A stretch of DNA of 64,000 nucleotides from Hypanus sabinus (Eukaryota): NCBI RefSeq assembly GCF_030144855.1, contig NC_082713.1:61070001-61134000 (forward strand), written 5' to 3'. Of this stretch, positions 35,285-49,139 are shown in pieces. Under the pieces are notes generated by a model. That model saw only the letters and a list, made by a program, of their open reading frames with translations. It had not been told where the DNA came from and ran no database searches. Each line of letters opens with the position of its first letter. The first letter of the stretch is position 1. A program made the translations under genes and the position numbers.

Positions 35285-38200
35285 TAATATGCAGTATATA
35301 AAACTACAAAACAATTTAGGTGAACTTAGAGCGCAGATAGAAATGAGCAAGTATGACAATGTAGGCATCACATAGTCATAGTTGAAAGTTGATCACCTCT
35401 GGGAGCTGAACATTGACATACATCCTATCGAAAAAAGTAAAAGGTAGGTGGGCAGAGAGAGTGGAGTGGCTCTGTTGGTAAAAAATGACATCAGATTCTC
35501 AGCAAGAATGACAGAGGGTCACGAGATGTTGAATTTTTAAGGACAGATTTAAGAAATGCAAGGCTAAAGCATCCTGATGGGAGTTGTATACAAGCCTCCA
35601 AAGAGTAGCCAGGATGTGCAGTTCATATTACAACAGGGGAAAGGAAAGGCAAGTAAGAAAGACAATGTTACAGCAGTCGTCGGGGATTTCAACAAGCAGG
35701 TATACAGAGAAAAATAGGTTGGGGCTAGATTTCAATCGAAGTTATTTGTAGAAGGCCTTTGAAATGTATTTTTAGAGAAGCTTTGGTAAAGCCCACTAGG
35801 AAAAAACCTATTCTGGATTTTGTGTTGTGCAATGAAGCAGATTTGATTAGGGATCTAAAAGGAACCTTTAGCAGGCAGTGATAAAACATAATAGAATCAC
35901 GTTGTAGTTGAACTGGGTGTATTGGTATTGCAGTTGAATAAAGGTAACTACAAGACTTAAGAGAGGAACTAGAAAAAGTAAATGGAAGGGGACATGGGCA
36001 GGGGTGATGCTAGAGCAACAATGGCAGGAGTTTCTGGGAGCAATTTAGAAGTCACAGGGTCATTTTATCCCAAAGAAAAGAAGCATTCCAAAGGGAGGTT
36101 GAGGCATTTGTAGTTGACAAGTGAAGTCAAAGACAGCATAAGAGACAAAGAGAGAGCATGCGATATTCCAAAAAATAGCTGGGGGCTAAATGTTTGGGAA
36201 GCTTTAAAAAAAAGCAAAAAGGGCAATTAATAGAAAAAACAGTAAGGAAAGAAAAGATGGAATATGAAAGTAAACTAGCCAATTATATACCATTGGCTAT
36301 AGTTTACAAATAATAAAGAGGAAACGCAAGAATGGACATCAAACAACTGGAGAATGATAGTGGAGAAATAGCAATGGGGAGCAAGAAATGGTAGACAAAC
36401 GGAATCAATATTTTGTGTCAGCCTTCATGGGAAAAACACCAGCAGCATACTAGAAAATTGAAAATGCCATGAGCAGTAGTGAAAGGAGTTGTTATTACAA
36501 AGGAGAAGGTGCTTGGAAATCTGAAAGGTCTGAAGGTGGATAAGTTAAATGGACTGGGTTATGAAAAGCTTTTTTAAGTATACAAAGGGTAAAAGAGAGT
36601 TGAGGGTAGATATATGACCAATAGAAAATGATGCTGTAGATATTGTAATGAGAGATGCAGAGATGGCAGAGAAACTGAATGGGTATTTTGCATCAACCTT
36701 CACAGTGGAAAGCATCTGCAGTACTCCGGACATTCAAGAGTGTCAGGGAAGTGATGCTTGTGCAATGAAAATTATGACTGAGAAAGTGCTTAGGAAGCTT
36801 AATGGTCTAAGGGTGGATAAATCTCCTGGACCTGTTGGAGTTAACCCTTGGGTTCTGAAGGAAGTAGCTAGGGAGACTGCGGAGGCATTAGCAATGATTT
36901 TTCAAGAATCGATAGATTCTAGTATTGTATTAGATGACTGGAAATTTGCAAATGTTAATCTGCTATTTAAGAGGGTGGGAGGCAGCAGAAATGAAACTAT
37001 AAACCTGTTATCCTGACATCAGTGGTTTGGAAGTTGTTAGAATCGATTGTTAGGGATGAGATTATGGAATACCTGAAGGCACATGACAAGTAGGCCAAAG
37101 CCATCATGGTTTCCTGAAAGGAAAATCCTGCCTGACTGACCTACTGCAATTTTTGAGGAGATTAAAAGCAGGGTAGGCAAAGGAAATGTAGAAGATGTGG
37201 TGTACTTGGATTTTCAGAAGGCCTTTGACAAGGTGCTGCACATGAGGTGTGCAGTTTTGGGCTCCTCAATTTAGAAAGGAAATACTGACATTGGAGGGGG
37301 TTCAGAGAAGATTCACAAGAATGATTCCAGGAATGAAAGAGTTGCCGTATGTAGAAAGTCTAGCAGCTCTTGGGCTGTATTCCATGGAGTTCAGGAGAGT
37401 GAGGGGACATCTCACTGAAACATTCCAGATGTTAAAAGGCCTGAACAGATTAGATATGGCAAAGTTATTTCCCATGGTAGGGAAGTCTAGGACAAGAAGG
37501 CACAACTTCAGAATTGAAAGACATCCATTTAGAACAGAGATGCAGAGAAATTACTTCAATCAGAAAGTGGTAAATATGTGCAATTTGCTGCCACAACTGG
37601 CTGTAGAGGCTAAGTCAGTGGGTGCATTTGAGGCAGAGATAGATAGGTTCTTGATTAGCTTGGGCATCAGAAGGCGTGGGAAGAAAGCAGGGAAGTGGTG
37701 ATGACTGAAAGAATTGGATCAGGCAGAGCAGACTCGATAGGCCAAATGGCCTACTTCTGCTCCTATATCTTATGGTCTTATAATCTTATGGGTTGACTAT
37801 ATCCCAGGGTTGTAGAAGAGGTAGTTGAAGAGATTGTGAATGACCTTTCAAGAATCACGAGAATCAGGAATGGTTCCAGCAGACAGGAAGATCACAAATG
37901 TCATTCCAGTCTTAAAGAAGGAATGGAAGCAAAGAACAGGAAACTGTAGGCTGATTAGATGGACTTCAGCGTTTGTTAAGATTTTAGAGTCTATTATTAA
38001 GGATGATAGTTCAGGGTTTTTGGAGGTACATACTGAAAAAAGGATAAGTTCATCAGGGTTTACTTCAGGGAAAATCTTGCCCGATAAATCTGTTGGAATT
38101 CTTTGGGGAAATAACAGGTGGGGTAGATCAAGTAGAGTCAATGGATGTTGTTAACTTGGATTTTCAGAAGGCCTATGACATGGTACCACACATGAGGCTG

Positions 38201-39955
38201 CAAAACAAGGTAAAACCCCATGATATTATAGGAAAGGTACTTACATGAATAGAGGTTGGCTGAATGGCAGAAGACAAAGTATGGGAATAAAAGTGCCCTT
38301 TTCTAGTTTGCTGCCAGTGACTAGTGGTGTTCACCAGATGTTGGTTTTGAGTCTGCCACTTTTCATGTTACATACTCGTGATTGGGGTGATGGAATTGTT
38401 GGTTATGTGGATGATACAAAGATATGTGGAGGAGAAGGTAGTATTGATGAAACAAGTCTGAGAAGGACTTGGCCAGGTTGGAAGAAGGAGCAAAATTTTG
38501 ACAGATGGAATACAGGGAAGTGTATGGTTATGCACTTTGGTAGCAGATATAAAGGCATAAACAAATTTCTAAATAGGGAGAAAAATCAGAAATTGGAACA
38601 GCAAAAGCAATTGGGAGTCTTGAGTCGGATTCCTTGAAGGCTAACTTGCAGGTTGACTTGATAAGAAGGGAAAGCAATGGGAAGTTATCATTTATGTTGA
38701 GAGCAAGAATATAAGGCATCGGTCAGACCACTATTGGAATATCATCAGTGGTTTGCAGCCCCTGTTCTAGTGTGTGTTAGAGAGGGTCTGGAGGAGGCTT
38801 ACATAAGAAGTAAGAGCAGGAATAGGCTATCTGGCCAGTTAAACCTGCCTTGCCATTCAATAAGATTATGACTGATCTGGCCAGAGAGTCAGCTCCACCT
38901 CCCTGACTTTTCTCTTAACCCTTAATTTTTCTGCTATGCGAAACTTTATCTAAATGTGTGTTAAATATATTTAATAAGATAGACCCTACAGCTTCCATGG
39001 GTGGGAAATACTATAGTCTCACCATTCTCTGTGAAAAGATGTTTCTCCTCATCTCTGTCCTCAAAATAACCTCCAAAACCTGAGCCTGTGTCTCCTAGTT
39101 CTCATCTCACTTGCCAGTGGAAACAACAATCTTGCCTCCAACTTATCTATTTTATATAATTCTCAATTTTTTTTTCTGAATTTCAGTGAGTATAGCTCTT
39201 AGCAACTCAATCTCTCCTCAAAGCTAACTCCCTCAGCTCTGGAACTTACCAACCATAATATCTTTCTTTTGATCTGTTCTCCACCATGAAGACACAAAAT
39301 AGTCATTCAAGGCCTCAGCATTTCCAGATTACTCAATATTAATTGCCCCTTCACTTTATATAACTGTAAAAAAAATTACCATCAGTTTTTATATACTCTA
39401 TTGGTTATCATTCATCTTTTTTTCCTTTATCCTATCTTTAGTGGTACTCTGTCACTTTTTTTTAAATCTTCCAATTTCCCACTATTCGGTGAGTTTGTAT
39501 GCAAAATCATCCTGGGAATGATCCTGAGAATTTATGAGAATGATCTCAGGAATTAAATGATTAGCATACACTGAGCATTTGATGGTTTTGGGCCTGTACT
39601 CGCTGGAGTATTGAAGGATGAGGGAGAATTTCATTGAAATCTATGAAATATTAAAAGGCCTGGATTGTGTGAATATGAAGACAATGTTTCCAGTGGTGGG
39701 AGAGTCAAGCACCAGAGGATATAAAGAGGTTATATTAGAATAGAAATGCAGAGCAATTTCTTAAACCAGAGTGTAATTAATCTATAGAATTCATTGCCAT
39801 ATATGAATGTGGAGACTATGAAATTTGGTATATTTATAGAGGAGTCAAACATTACAGGGAGAAGTTAGAAGAATGAAATTGAGAGGGAAATGGTGGAGCA
39901 GACTTTTGGCTGAATCACCTAAAATTCTGCTCCTGTATCTTATTCTCGTATGTAA
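35285..39955 (+). mobile_element. Long decayed CR1 ORF2 (parts ~35285-36560, 37789-38800, ~39520-39955) hosting two nested CR1 copies
   Basis: EN remnants (GVALLVK, VVGDFN), then RT remnants 37840-38637, then the C-terminus and tail at ~39950. A minus-strand CR1 3' piece sits at ~38801-39510. Confidence 0.8.
36561..37788 (+). mobile_element. Nested CR1 copy with the RT core deleted
   Basis: ORFs 36648-37016 and 37249-37701. Sequence jumps from FQKAFDKV.HMR to CVQFW at ~37247. tcttatgg-type tail; candidate TSD TGGGTT (36555-36560, 37789-37794). Confidence 0.85.
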
Positions 39956-40224
39956 TAGTAGAATCAGATTGGTGTTGACCGAAATTGCAGGTAAAGATAT
40001 GTTGATTGTGGAGGTTGATGGATGGAGCATAAGGACCAAGGGAACTCCTTACTTGTTCTGTCCAGGTGGTTGGACGACTTTATACCACAGGGGCTTTCGC
40101 TCTGCAGTAGATCCTTACTTTTTGTGACATATCTGAATGTCAAGTGTCGTATTTGCGATTGAATTACATTATTCAAGTTTGGCAATCCAGGCCTGTATCA
40201 AAAAAAAACAGGTATGATTTGCAG

Positions 40225-42063
40225 AGGGCTACTTCAAGGGCAAAGAGACAATTTTGAATGAGGTTGGAAGTGACATCAGATGCACGACAACTCTGGCAGG
40301 GTTTGCAAGACATTACTTCCTACAAAGCAAAACCCAATAGCATAAATGGCAGCGATCTTCACTACCAGATGAACTCAATGCCTTCTATGCATGCTTCGAA
40401 AGGGGGAACATAACTATTGCTGTGAAGATCCCTGCTGCACCTGATGACCCTGTCATCACAGTCTCAAAGGCTGATGTTAGGCTGGCTTTAAAGAGGGTGA
40501 ACCCTTGCAAGGCAGAAGGTCCCAATGGAGTACCTAGTAAGGCTCTGAAATCCTGTGCCAACCAACTAGCAGGAATACTCAAGGACATTTTCAACCTCTC
40601 ACTGCTACAGGCAGAAGTTCCCACTTGCTTCAAAAAGGCAACAATTATACCAATGCCCAAGGAGAATCATGTGGGTGCTTTATTGACTATCACCCAGTAG
40701 CACTTACATCAACAGTGATGAAATGCTTTGAGAGGTTGGTCATGACTAGACTGAACTCTTGCCTCAGCAAGGACCTGGACCCATTGCAATTTGGCTGTCA
40801 CCACAATAGGTCAATGGCGGACACAATCTCAATATCTCTCCACATAACTTTAGACCACCTAGACAACACAAACACCTACATCAGGATGCTGTCCATCAAC
40901 TATAGCTCTGTATTTAATACCATCATTCCCACAATCCTGATTGAGAAGTTGCAGAACCTGGGCCTATGTACCTCCCTCTGCAATTGGATCCTCGACTTCC
41001 TAACCAGAAGATCACAATCTGTGCAGATTGGTGATAACATATCCTTCTCGTTGACGATCAACACTGACACACCTCAGGGGTGTGTGCTTAGCCCACTGCT
41101 TTTTTCTCTATATACACATGACTGTGTGGTTAAGCATAGTTCAAATACCACCTATAAATTTGCTGATGATACAAACATTGCTGGTAGATTCTCAGGTGGT
41201 GATGAGAGGGCATACAGGAGTGAAATATGTCAACTAGTGGAATGGTGTCGCATCAACAACCTGGCACTCAACATCAGTAAAACGAAAGAGCTGATTGTGG
41301 ACTTCAGGAAAGATAAGACAAAAAAAGACATACCAATCCTCATTGAGGGATCAGAAGTGGAGAGAGTGAGCAGCTTCAAGTTCCTGGGTGTCAAGATCTC
41401 TTAGGATCTAACTTGGTCCCAACATATCAATATAATTATAAAGAATGCAAGATACCGGCTATACTTTATTAGGAGTTTGAAGAGATTTGGCATGTCTACA
41501 AATGCACTCAAAAACTTCTGTAGTTGCACCATGGAAAGCATTCTGACAGGCTGCATCACTTTCTGATATGGAGGGATGACTGCACAGGACCGAAAGAAGC
41601 TGCAGAAAGTTGTAAATCTAGTCAACTCCATCTTGGGTAATAGCCTACTAATTACCCAGGACACCTTTAGGGTGCTGTGTCTCAGAAAGGCAGTGTCCAT
41701 TATTAAGGACTTCAAGCACCCATCGCGTGCCCTTTCCTCACTGTTACCATCAGGTAGGAGGTACTGAAGTCTGAAGGCACACACTCAGTGATTCAGGAAC
41801 AGTTTCTTCCCCTGTGCCATCTAATTCCTAAATGGACATTGAATCTTTGAACACTACCTCACTTTTTTAATATGCAATATTTCTCTTTTTGCACATTTTT
41901 TAAAAAAATCTTTTCAATATATGTAATTGATTTACTTGTTTCTTTTTATATTTTACTTATTTTTTTCTCTACTAGATTATGTATTACATTGAACAGCTGC
42001 TGCTAAGTTAACAAATTTCAAGTCACACGCCGATGATAGTAAACCTGATTCTGATTCTGATTT
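40225..42063 (+). mobile_element. Rex1/Babar-type LINE, 5'-truncated
   Basis: ORF 40625-41404: [44 protein letters not shown]. (CTGATT)n tail at 42045-42063. Confidence 0.93.
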
Positions 42064-44004
42064 ATTGATGATTCAAATAGGGTGATAATAGTGATGAAGT
42101 TTATAAGCACAGGCAAGATATCAGTTGACTGGTAAAGGGGGCAAAAGTATGAAAAATAGAAGTCAAGTTAGATAATTGTGTGAAAATTTCACAACATGAC
42201 ACATCATAACATAACCACTCCTTGTAGGACCATATTAGTCCAAGCGTATACCACAGAGAATCCATATGCATCATGAAAAGACAAGAAGGCCATTCATGCA
42301 AAACTCAGAGCATTCACTATTACTTGCATCTTTATTTGGGAGTCTGTTGAAGATAACTATAGCATCAATGAACTGCTAGAATGAAAGCAGTTATTCAGGT
42401 GATGTCCTCCATATTTTTTGGAAGACTCCTAAGTGCTTTGAAGCTCCCATTGAGTTTAGCATCCATGCAGGCAAATTTGGATGTTCAATCATACTGGTCA
42501 ATATTCCTGACTGAAAAATTAAATCAAAAACACATACAATCCGGCATACTCTGATGCTGAAGTTCCATCTAAATTCATCCAATCAATCTAAATTGCATGG
42601 TATTCAACCAAGTTTATATATATGATCTGCACATTCGGCCAAACATTAAACTGCTTCAGTAATTCGACATATGTTACTGATCCACCAAAGTAATTCATCG
42701 TTACTGTGGTGGCATTGAAAACCATAAAATGTTGATACTTCCCTTCTATTGTGATTAGACTTAGCAGCAGATTTCTTAGATATTATTGCATGATACCAAG
42801 GTCATCCAGGCCTAATTATACCTGTCATTTTAACAGAGGTATGGTCTGACATAAGGCAAGTGAAGTATAATTAACTATTGGTCATTGGTATCTAACCCAA
42901 ATACAACTATTGCCCTTTGCTTGTATTGACCCCCTCACATTCAAAATCCTTTGAAGAGAATGCAGCTAAATGTGTGGAAGGAATTTACAACTCAGTCAAT
43001 ATTGTCATTCGCATTTACATTCAGTGATAACAACTTCTAACATTTTTTTCCAGAATTAGCACATACTCCATTAAAAAGCAATAACTTCAGACATAACCAC
43101 TAAGATAATTACATCTCATAATTTCAGTACATTCTTTGTGTTCATATATGTTTACAAATATGTATTCTTGAAAAGACATTTGTATGGATGATTTCTGGCT
43201 TGAATAATACAATTTCACCAGTGTCATATCAGATTAAATGGAACTGGGCCAAACAGCCCATCGAGTCTGCTCCGCCATTCCAGCATGGCCGATCCACCAT
43301 CTCTCTCAAGCACTGTATTCCGTTGAAAATGAAAGATAAAGGAGAGTTTCAATTAACCATTTTTTAAAATAATTGACTTGAAATGCCAGTTTGTGGATTG
43401 CCAAATCATTGGAACACGATTGTAAACCAAAACAAAGACATCCAATACTGATGCTAAAATGTTATTCAAAAGTACATGGAAATCTGCAACCTGTTCCTCT
43501 GAAAGCTGCTGAGTGAAGCATTATTCAAGATTTAAATATTGCAACTCTGGTCTTTTTACAAGCAAATGAATTTCAAGGTCGTGGGCTATGTGGACAGATG
43601 TGATACTGATTATAGTTTAACTCAATTTAGGACAATAGTGCTAATTCTATGTTGTTTTTCCTATGCTTTGATGTTCCTGACTGCTCACCATGTTGAAATC
43701 TTGGCGTAATCATCAACTTTATAACAATCTATTGGTCCAACAATACTGGAAAGGTAGTTTCTCATAGATGTTGATCTCCATCTTCAAATGAATGTAAAAA
43801 AAATGCCAAAACAACTTGGGGAAAAACTAAATACTCTGTGCATTATACCTTCTTTATTGCCTTTTCTTTGTGAGTTATTAATTTTATTTTGAAAATATAT
43901 TTACTGTTAGATTGATAGAAGGGGTTTTCCTGTTGCTTTCACCAGATACACTAAAAAATTCAAGATCGATAAATTACTCATAGCACACCTCTAAGTAACA
44001 CCGT

Positions 44005-45220
44005 AGGACCATAACAGCATAAAATATAGAAGCAAAACTAGGCCACTCAGCCCATTAAGTCTGCTATGCCATTTCACCATCCCTCTCAAACCAATTCTCC
44101 TGCCTTTTCCCAAGAACCTTTAATGCCCTGACAAAACAAGAGCCTATCAAACTCCGCTTTAAATTTGACTTTGCCTTCTAAGTTATCCGTGTCAATGAAT
44201 TCCACAGATTCACTAGATTCACTACAGTCTGGCTGAACAAATTCCTCTTCTCTGTTTAAATTGCCATCCTTCTTTTCTGTTTCTGTGCCCCCTGGTAAGA
44301 TGCTCTCATACTGTAGGAAACAACCTCTCCACATCCACTCTGTAAGGTCTTTCAATATTCGATAGGTTTCAATGAAATCCCTGCTCATTCTTCTAAAGTC
44401 CAGTGAGTACAGGCCTAGAGCCATCAAACACTCCTTTTATTCTTGGGATCAATCTCATGAACCTCCTTTGGATGCTATGCAATGCCACTACAGCTTTTCC
44501 TAGATAAGGGGCCCAAAACTGCTCATAATACTCCAAGTGTAATCTGACCAATGTCTCACAAAGGCTCAGCAAAACATCTTTTCTTTTATATTCTAGTCCT
44601 CTCAAAATTGAGTGCCAACATTGCATTTGACTTCCTTATCAATGTTACAACCTGCAAGCTAACCTTTAGGAAACCCTGCACAAGGACCCCCAAGTCCCTT
44701 TGCACCTATGACTTTGAAGATTCTTCTATTTTGAAAATATTCTACACCTTTATTCCATCCACCAAAGTGCATGACCATTCACTTATAGTATTAATACACT
44801 CTATTCCAACTTCCACTTCTTTGTCCGTTTTCCCAATGTCGGTCCTTCAGCAGAATCCCTGCTTCCTCAACAGAACCTTCCCCTCCACCTATCTCTCTAC
44901 TGACTGCAAACCTGGCCACAAATCCATTAATTCCATCATTCAAATTGTTGACATATAATGTAAAAGGAAGCAATCCCAACACCGACACCTGCGGAACACT
45001 ACTTGTCATAGGAAAGCAACCAGAGTTAGCCTCCTTTCGTCTGAGTCTTTGCCTCCTGCCCATCAGCTAATCTTCTAACCATGTTAGTATCTTTCCTGCT
45101 ATACCATGAACTTTTATCCTATTAAGTACCCTCATGTGTGTTACCTTGTCAAAGGCCTTCTGAAAATAAAAGTAGCCAACATCCACTGATTCTCCTTTGT
45201 CGATAATGCCTGTTATTTCA
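44005..45220 (-). mobile_element. CR1 3' fragment
   Basis: VPQVSVLGLLPFTLYVNNL, LEYYEQFWAPY and LGLYSLDFRRM motifs; tail near 44005-44030. Confidence 0.85.
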
Positions 45221-45224
45221 ACCA

Positions 45225-46168
45225 CAGTCTATGGCAGAACATTTCACAGATTCACTATTCTCTGGCTAAAAAATTCTGCATCACCACTGTTTTGAAAGGT
45301 CACCACTCAATTTTGACATTGTGCCTCCTACTTCTGGATATCCCCACCATAGGAAACATTCTCTCCACATCCACCCTATCTAGTCCTTTCAACATTCGAG
45401 AGGCTTCAATGAGATCCCCTACATTCTCCTAAATTCCAGTGAGTACAGGCTAAAGCTGCCAAACAGTCCTCATAGGTTAACCCCTTTAGTTCTGAAATCA
45501 TCCTCGTGCACCTCCTTTGAACTCTCTCCAATGACAACATATCCTTTCTGAGATGGGGCCCAAAACTGTTGACAGTATTCCAAGTGTGGTTTAACTGGAG
45601 ATTTATAAATACTTAGAATTATCTCCTTGCTTTTACATTCTATTCCCCTTGAAATAAATGCCAACATTACATTTGCATTCTTTACCAGAGACTTAACCTG
45701 TAAGTTAATTTTCTGTGAGTCTTGCATGAGGATTCATAAGTTCCTCCGCACCTCTGATGTTTGAACAACCTCCCCACTTAAACAGTAGCCTGCACTATTG
45801 TTCCTTTTACTAAAATGCATTGTCATACGTTTTCCAGCACTGTATTCTATCTGCCACTTTTTTGCCCATTCTTCCAATTTGTCTTAGTACCGCTGCAATT
45901 GTTTTGCATCCTCAGCATTACCTACCCCTTCGCGGATCTTTGTATCATCCACAAAATTTGCCACAAAGCAATCAATTCCATTATCCAAATCATTGATAAA
46001 CAATGTGAAAAGTAGCAGTCCCAATACTGACCTCTGAGGAACACCACAATTCACCACCAACCAACCAGAAAAGGCCCTTTTTATTCCCATTGGCTGGCTC
46101 CTGCCTGTCAGCTATCGATGCCAGCATCTTTCCTTAACACCAAAGGATTTTTTCTTGTTAAGCAGCCT
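45225..46168 (-). mobile_element. Second CR1 RT fragment
   Basis: GVPQRSVLGLLLFTLFINDLD..FVDDTK (45884-46090) and PHLEYCQQFW (45470-45727). Confidence 0.85.
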
Positions 46169-46497
46169 ATAAAATAAGGGGAAAACAAGAAAAATCTGCC
46201 AGCTCATGCCCAAAGTAAAAAGCATGCTTGGGACAGTTAAGAATTTCCTCTAAAGGATGTCTTGTTTAAGAAGAATAGAATACAAAGTATCTACAAGCTG
46301 CCATTGTATTTTATGTGACTATTAACAGATCATCTCATTCTTGTGTAATGGAGTAGGGTAAAAAAGATACTATAAAGTTGACAATTTTAAATCATTTGTT
46401 CTCAATGGAGAATCTATGTATTAATCTTCAAAGGAAAATTGGCTTAAATATATCAATGATTTTAAATTGGAACACTGTCCTGTAGTGCTGCTGGACA

Positions 46498-46829
46498 GGG
46501 GTGCAGTGCTAGCTGGGGGGCACCCGGCACATCTTTAAGAAAAAAGCCGAACTAATCAAGCCGAACTAATCGAGCAAAAAACAACAAAAAAAGCACCAGT
46601 GAATGGCTGTTCTGTGAGTGAAAAATCTTGGTAAATCCACTGGATGTTTTTTTTTGTTTTTGGCACAATTCTTTGTAAACTCCAGAGTCTGTTGTGCGTA
46701 AAATTCCCAGGAGATCAGCAGTTTCTGAGATGTTCAAATCACCCTGGGCAGCACCTAATTAATTAACTTGTTTAGTTTGGCTTTTTTCTTAAAGATGTGC
46801 CGGGTACGCTCCAGCTAGCACTGCACCCC
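46498..46829. repeat. 63-bp inverted repeat enclosing rearranged Tc1 fragments
   Basis: Arms 46498-46560 and 46767-46829 are near-perfect reverse complements. The interior matches the Tc1 at 31500-31640 in both orientations. Confidence 0.8.
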
Positions 46830-47651
46830 GCTCCTGAATAGAGTTCAGCTGTGTTGACAATGCTTACCTGAGCCTTTCGCAGCATATTTTTACTTCTACA
46901 CTATTGTAGCTTGCAAAACAAGCAATCATGGCTGAATGACAGCACATCATGACAAAAGCTGAAATGCTGGAAGAGCTCTGTGAACTTGGAAGCACAAAGC
47001 AACATTATGCCATACTGGATCTCTGCCAAGTTGCATCAGCTCTTTGTGAGACTCCAAGTCTGCCTTCTTCTGACTCGACATGCACTGTATTTTCCTATTA
47101 TTAATGCAAAATTGGATTGATAAGAGTTACAGAATGCACAATACCATTTCTTCTTCCTCATTTTGTGACTATTGTATGAAAATGGTGAGTGGAGAGTCAC
47201 TTACTCTGTTCAATAGTCACCATGCAGAATAGTTTATGTAGAAACACAAATCCTGCTTATTATAAGGAATGCTAATGATTAAATGCTAAATAGTGCTAAG
47301 GCAATAATTACTTTACTCAAATTGGCTTTTGTCTGTGAATAAATAACACGCATCCATGGTCCATGTAGCTGTTGGTGTAGGAAAAACTTTAATTCTTGCA
47401 CTTCCCCCATCAGTTCACATATATTGTCAAAGGTTAAAAGATCAGACTATAATGATAAAGGGGAAACCCATTGACATGAAAGTTCACTGCAATGCATCAA
47501 GTCAAGGAAGGGCAAAATGTAAAACACTCTTCTCAATGTAATCAGATGTCAAAATATCTAATTTTTAACAATTGCTTCTGATGACTAACAACTTCCCTCT
47601 TTGCATCTTTTAACAATTCTGAAAAATAATCTTTCAGCAAAATGTAATTTG

Positions 47652-48390
47652 CGGCAGCATAGTTGTATAGTGTTTAGCACCAGCTCCAGCAATCAGCAAT
47701 CAGAGTTCAATTCCTGCTGCATATAATGAGTTTGCATGTTCTACCTGTTACCATGTGGATTTCCCTGTGATGTTCCGGTTTCTTCCTACATTCAAGATTC
47801 AAGATTGTTTATGTTATTTTCAATACACAAGTGTAAAGGAGAACAAAATAACTGTTCCTTGAGATCTGATGCAAAACAAAAAAACACATTAATAAAAAGA
47901 AACACAATAAATATAAATACATAAGTTAGCTTATATACATTACACAGATTGATTGTATATCCATAAAATGATGGCAGTCATAAGAGTACCTGTACATAAG
48001 ATGACTCTAAAAGGAAATGATAGTGATGGTGGGATGTGGATGGAAGTGTTAACCAGCCCAACTGCTTGGGGAATGTAACTGGTTTTGAGTCTGGTGGTTC
48101 TGGAGTGGATACTGTGTAATCTCCTCCCTAATGAGAATGGGAAAAACAGTCCATGAGTTAGCTGGGTGGTATTCTGCATGATGTTACTTGCAAATGTCAA
48201 ATTATTTACGGATTAGGGTTAGGCTTAGTAAATTGTGGGCATACTATGCTGGCATTGAAAGCATGGCAATGCTTGTGGGCTTCCCCCAGCAGAACATTGG
48301 ACAGTGTTGGTCATTGATGTAAATGATGCACTTCACCCCATGTTTAGATGTTTCAATGTATATGTGAGAATTAAAGCTAACCTTTAAATC
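47652..48390 (+). mobile_element. V-SINE split by a minus-strand Rex1-type LINE tail (~47791-48190)
   Basis: gagttcaattcc box B and V-domain-like sequence to ~47790, resuming ~48208. The insert reads PFSLGRRLHSIHSRTTRLKTSYIPQAV on the minus strand. Confidence 0.7.
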
Positions 48391-49139
48391 TTCAAAAGAG
48401 AGAATGCAAACCTGCAGAAGGCCAAATCAAGATCGTTCAAGTTTATTTGTCATTCAACCATACATGAATACTATTGAATCCAGCCAGACGAGACAGTGTG
48501 TTACTCCGAGGCCAAGGTGCAAAACACAGTGTCACGACATAAGGCACGCATAGCGCAAGGAAGACATAGCATACATTAGCAAATAGACTTGCATTAAAAA
48601 TAGTGTAAGTCCCTGCATCCGTAAATATTGCAGCATTCTGCAGACGAAGACAATACATTTTGTCTTCTAAGCAAACACTGGAAGGTAGCACTGACTCCAA
48701 CATGGACGCTGCACCACACCAGTTCTGGCACTCCGGTGGAGTGCACAAACTCTGATACCTCCCCCTTGGGAAGCCTTGCAGTCTGGGGCCTAGTCTTCAC
48801 TACAAATGAAACCACACAGCTCCCCCACCATTTGCCAATATAACAGTGATTCAGAATTGCGGCATTACACCTTATCAATGTCCACCAGGATCTTGTGATC
48901 ATGAGAAAAGTGAATAAGATGATCAGTTGCTGTTAGGTTACACACTGCTTTCGTTCACTGACTCCTCTGTCACAGACAGCAGCACGGTCTGCATGTCCAG
49001 CTCCTTCAGTTTCTCCATCAATGAGCACTCACTGATGTGATAGATCTTCAGTATTTCAAGTTTTTAATGTCCATCAGGTTCTTGAGATTATAAAGAATAT
49101 ATTTAAAATAAACAATAACACCTTTGGTGGGCCTGTAGA

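Noticed and set aside
46868-47103. Minus-strand donor CAG|GTAAG at ~46868 and a 51-aa plus ORF (MTKAEMLEEL...)
   Set aside because: The longer exon frames I checked contain stops and neither peptide is recognisable, so support is insufficient.
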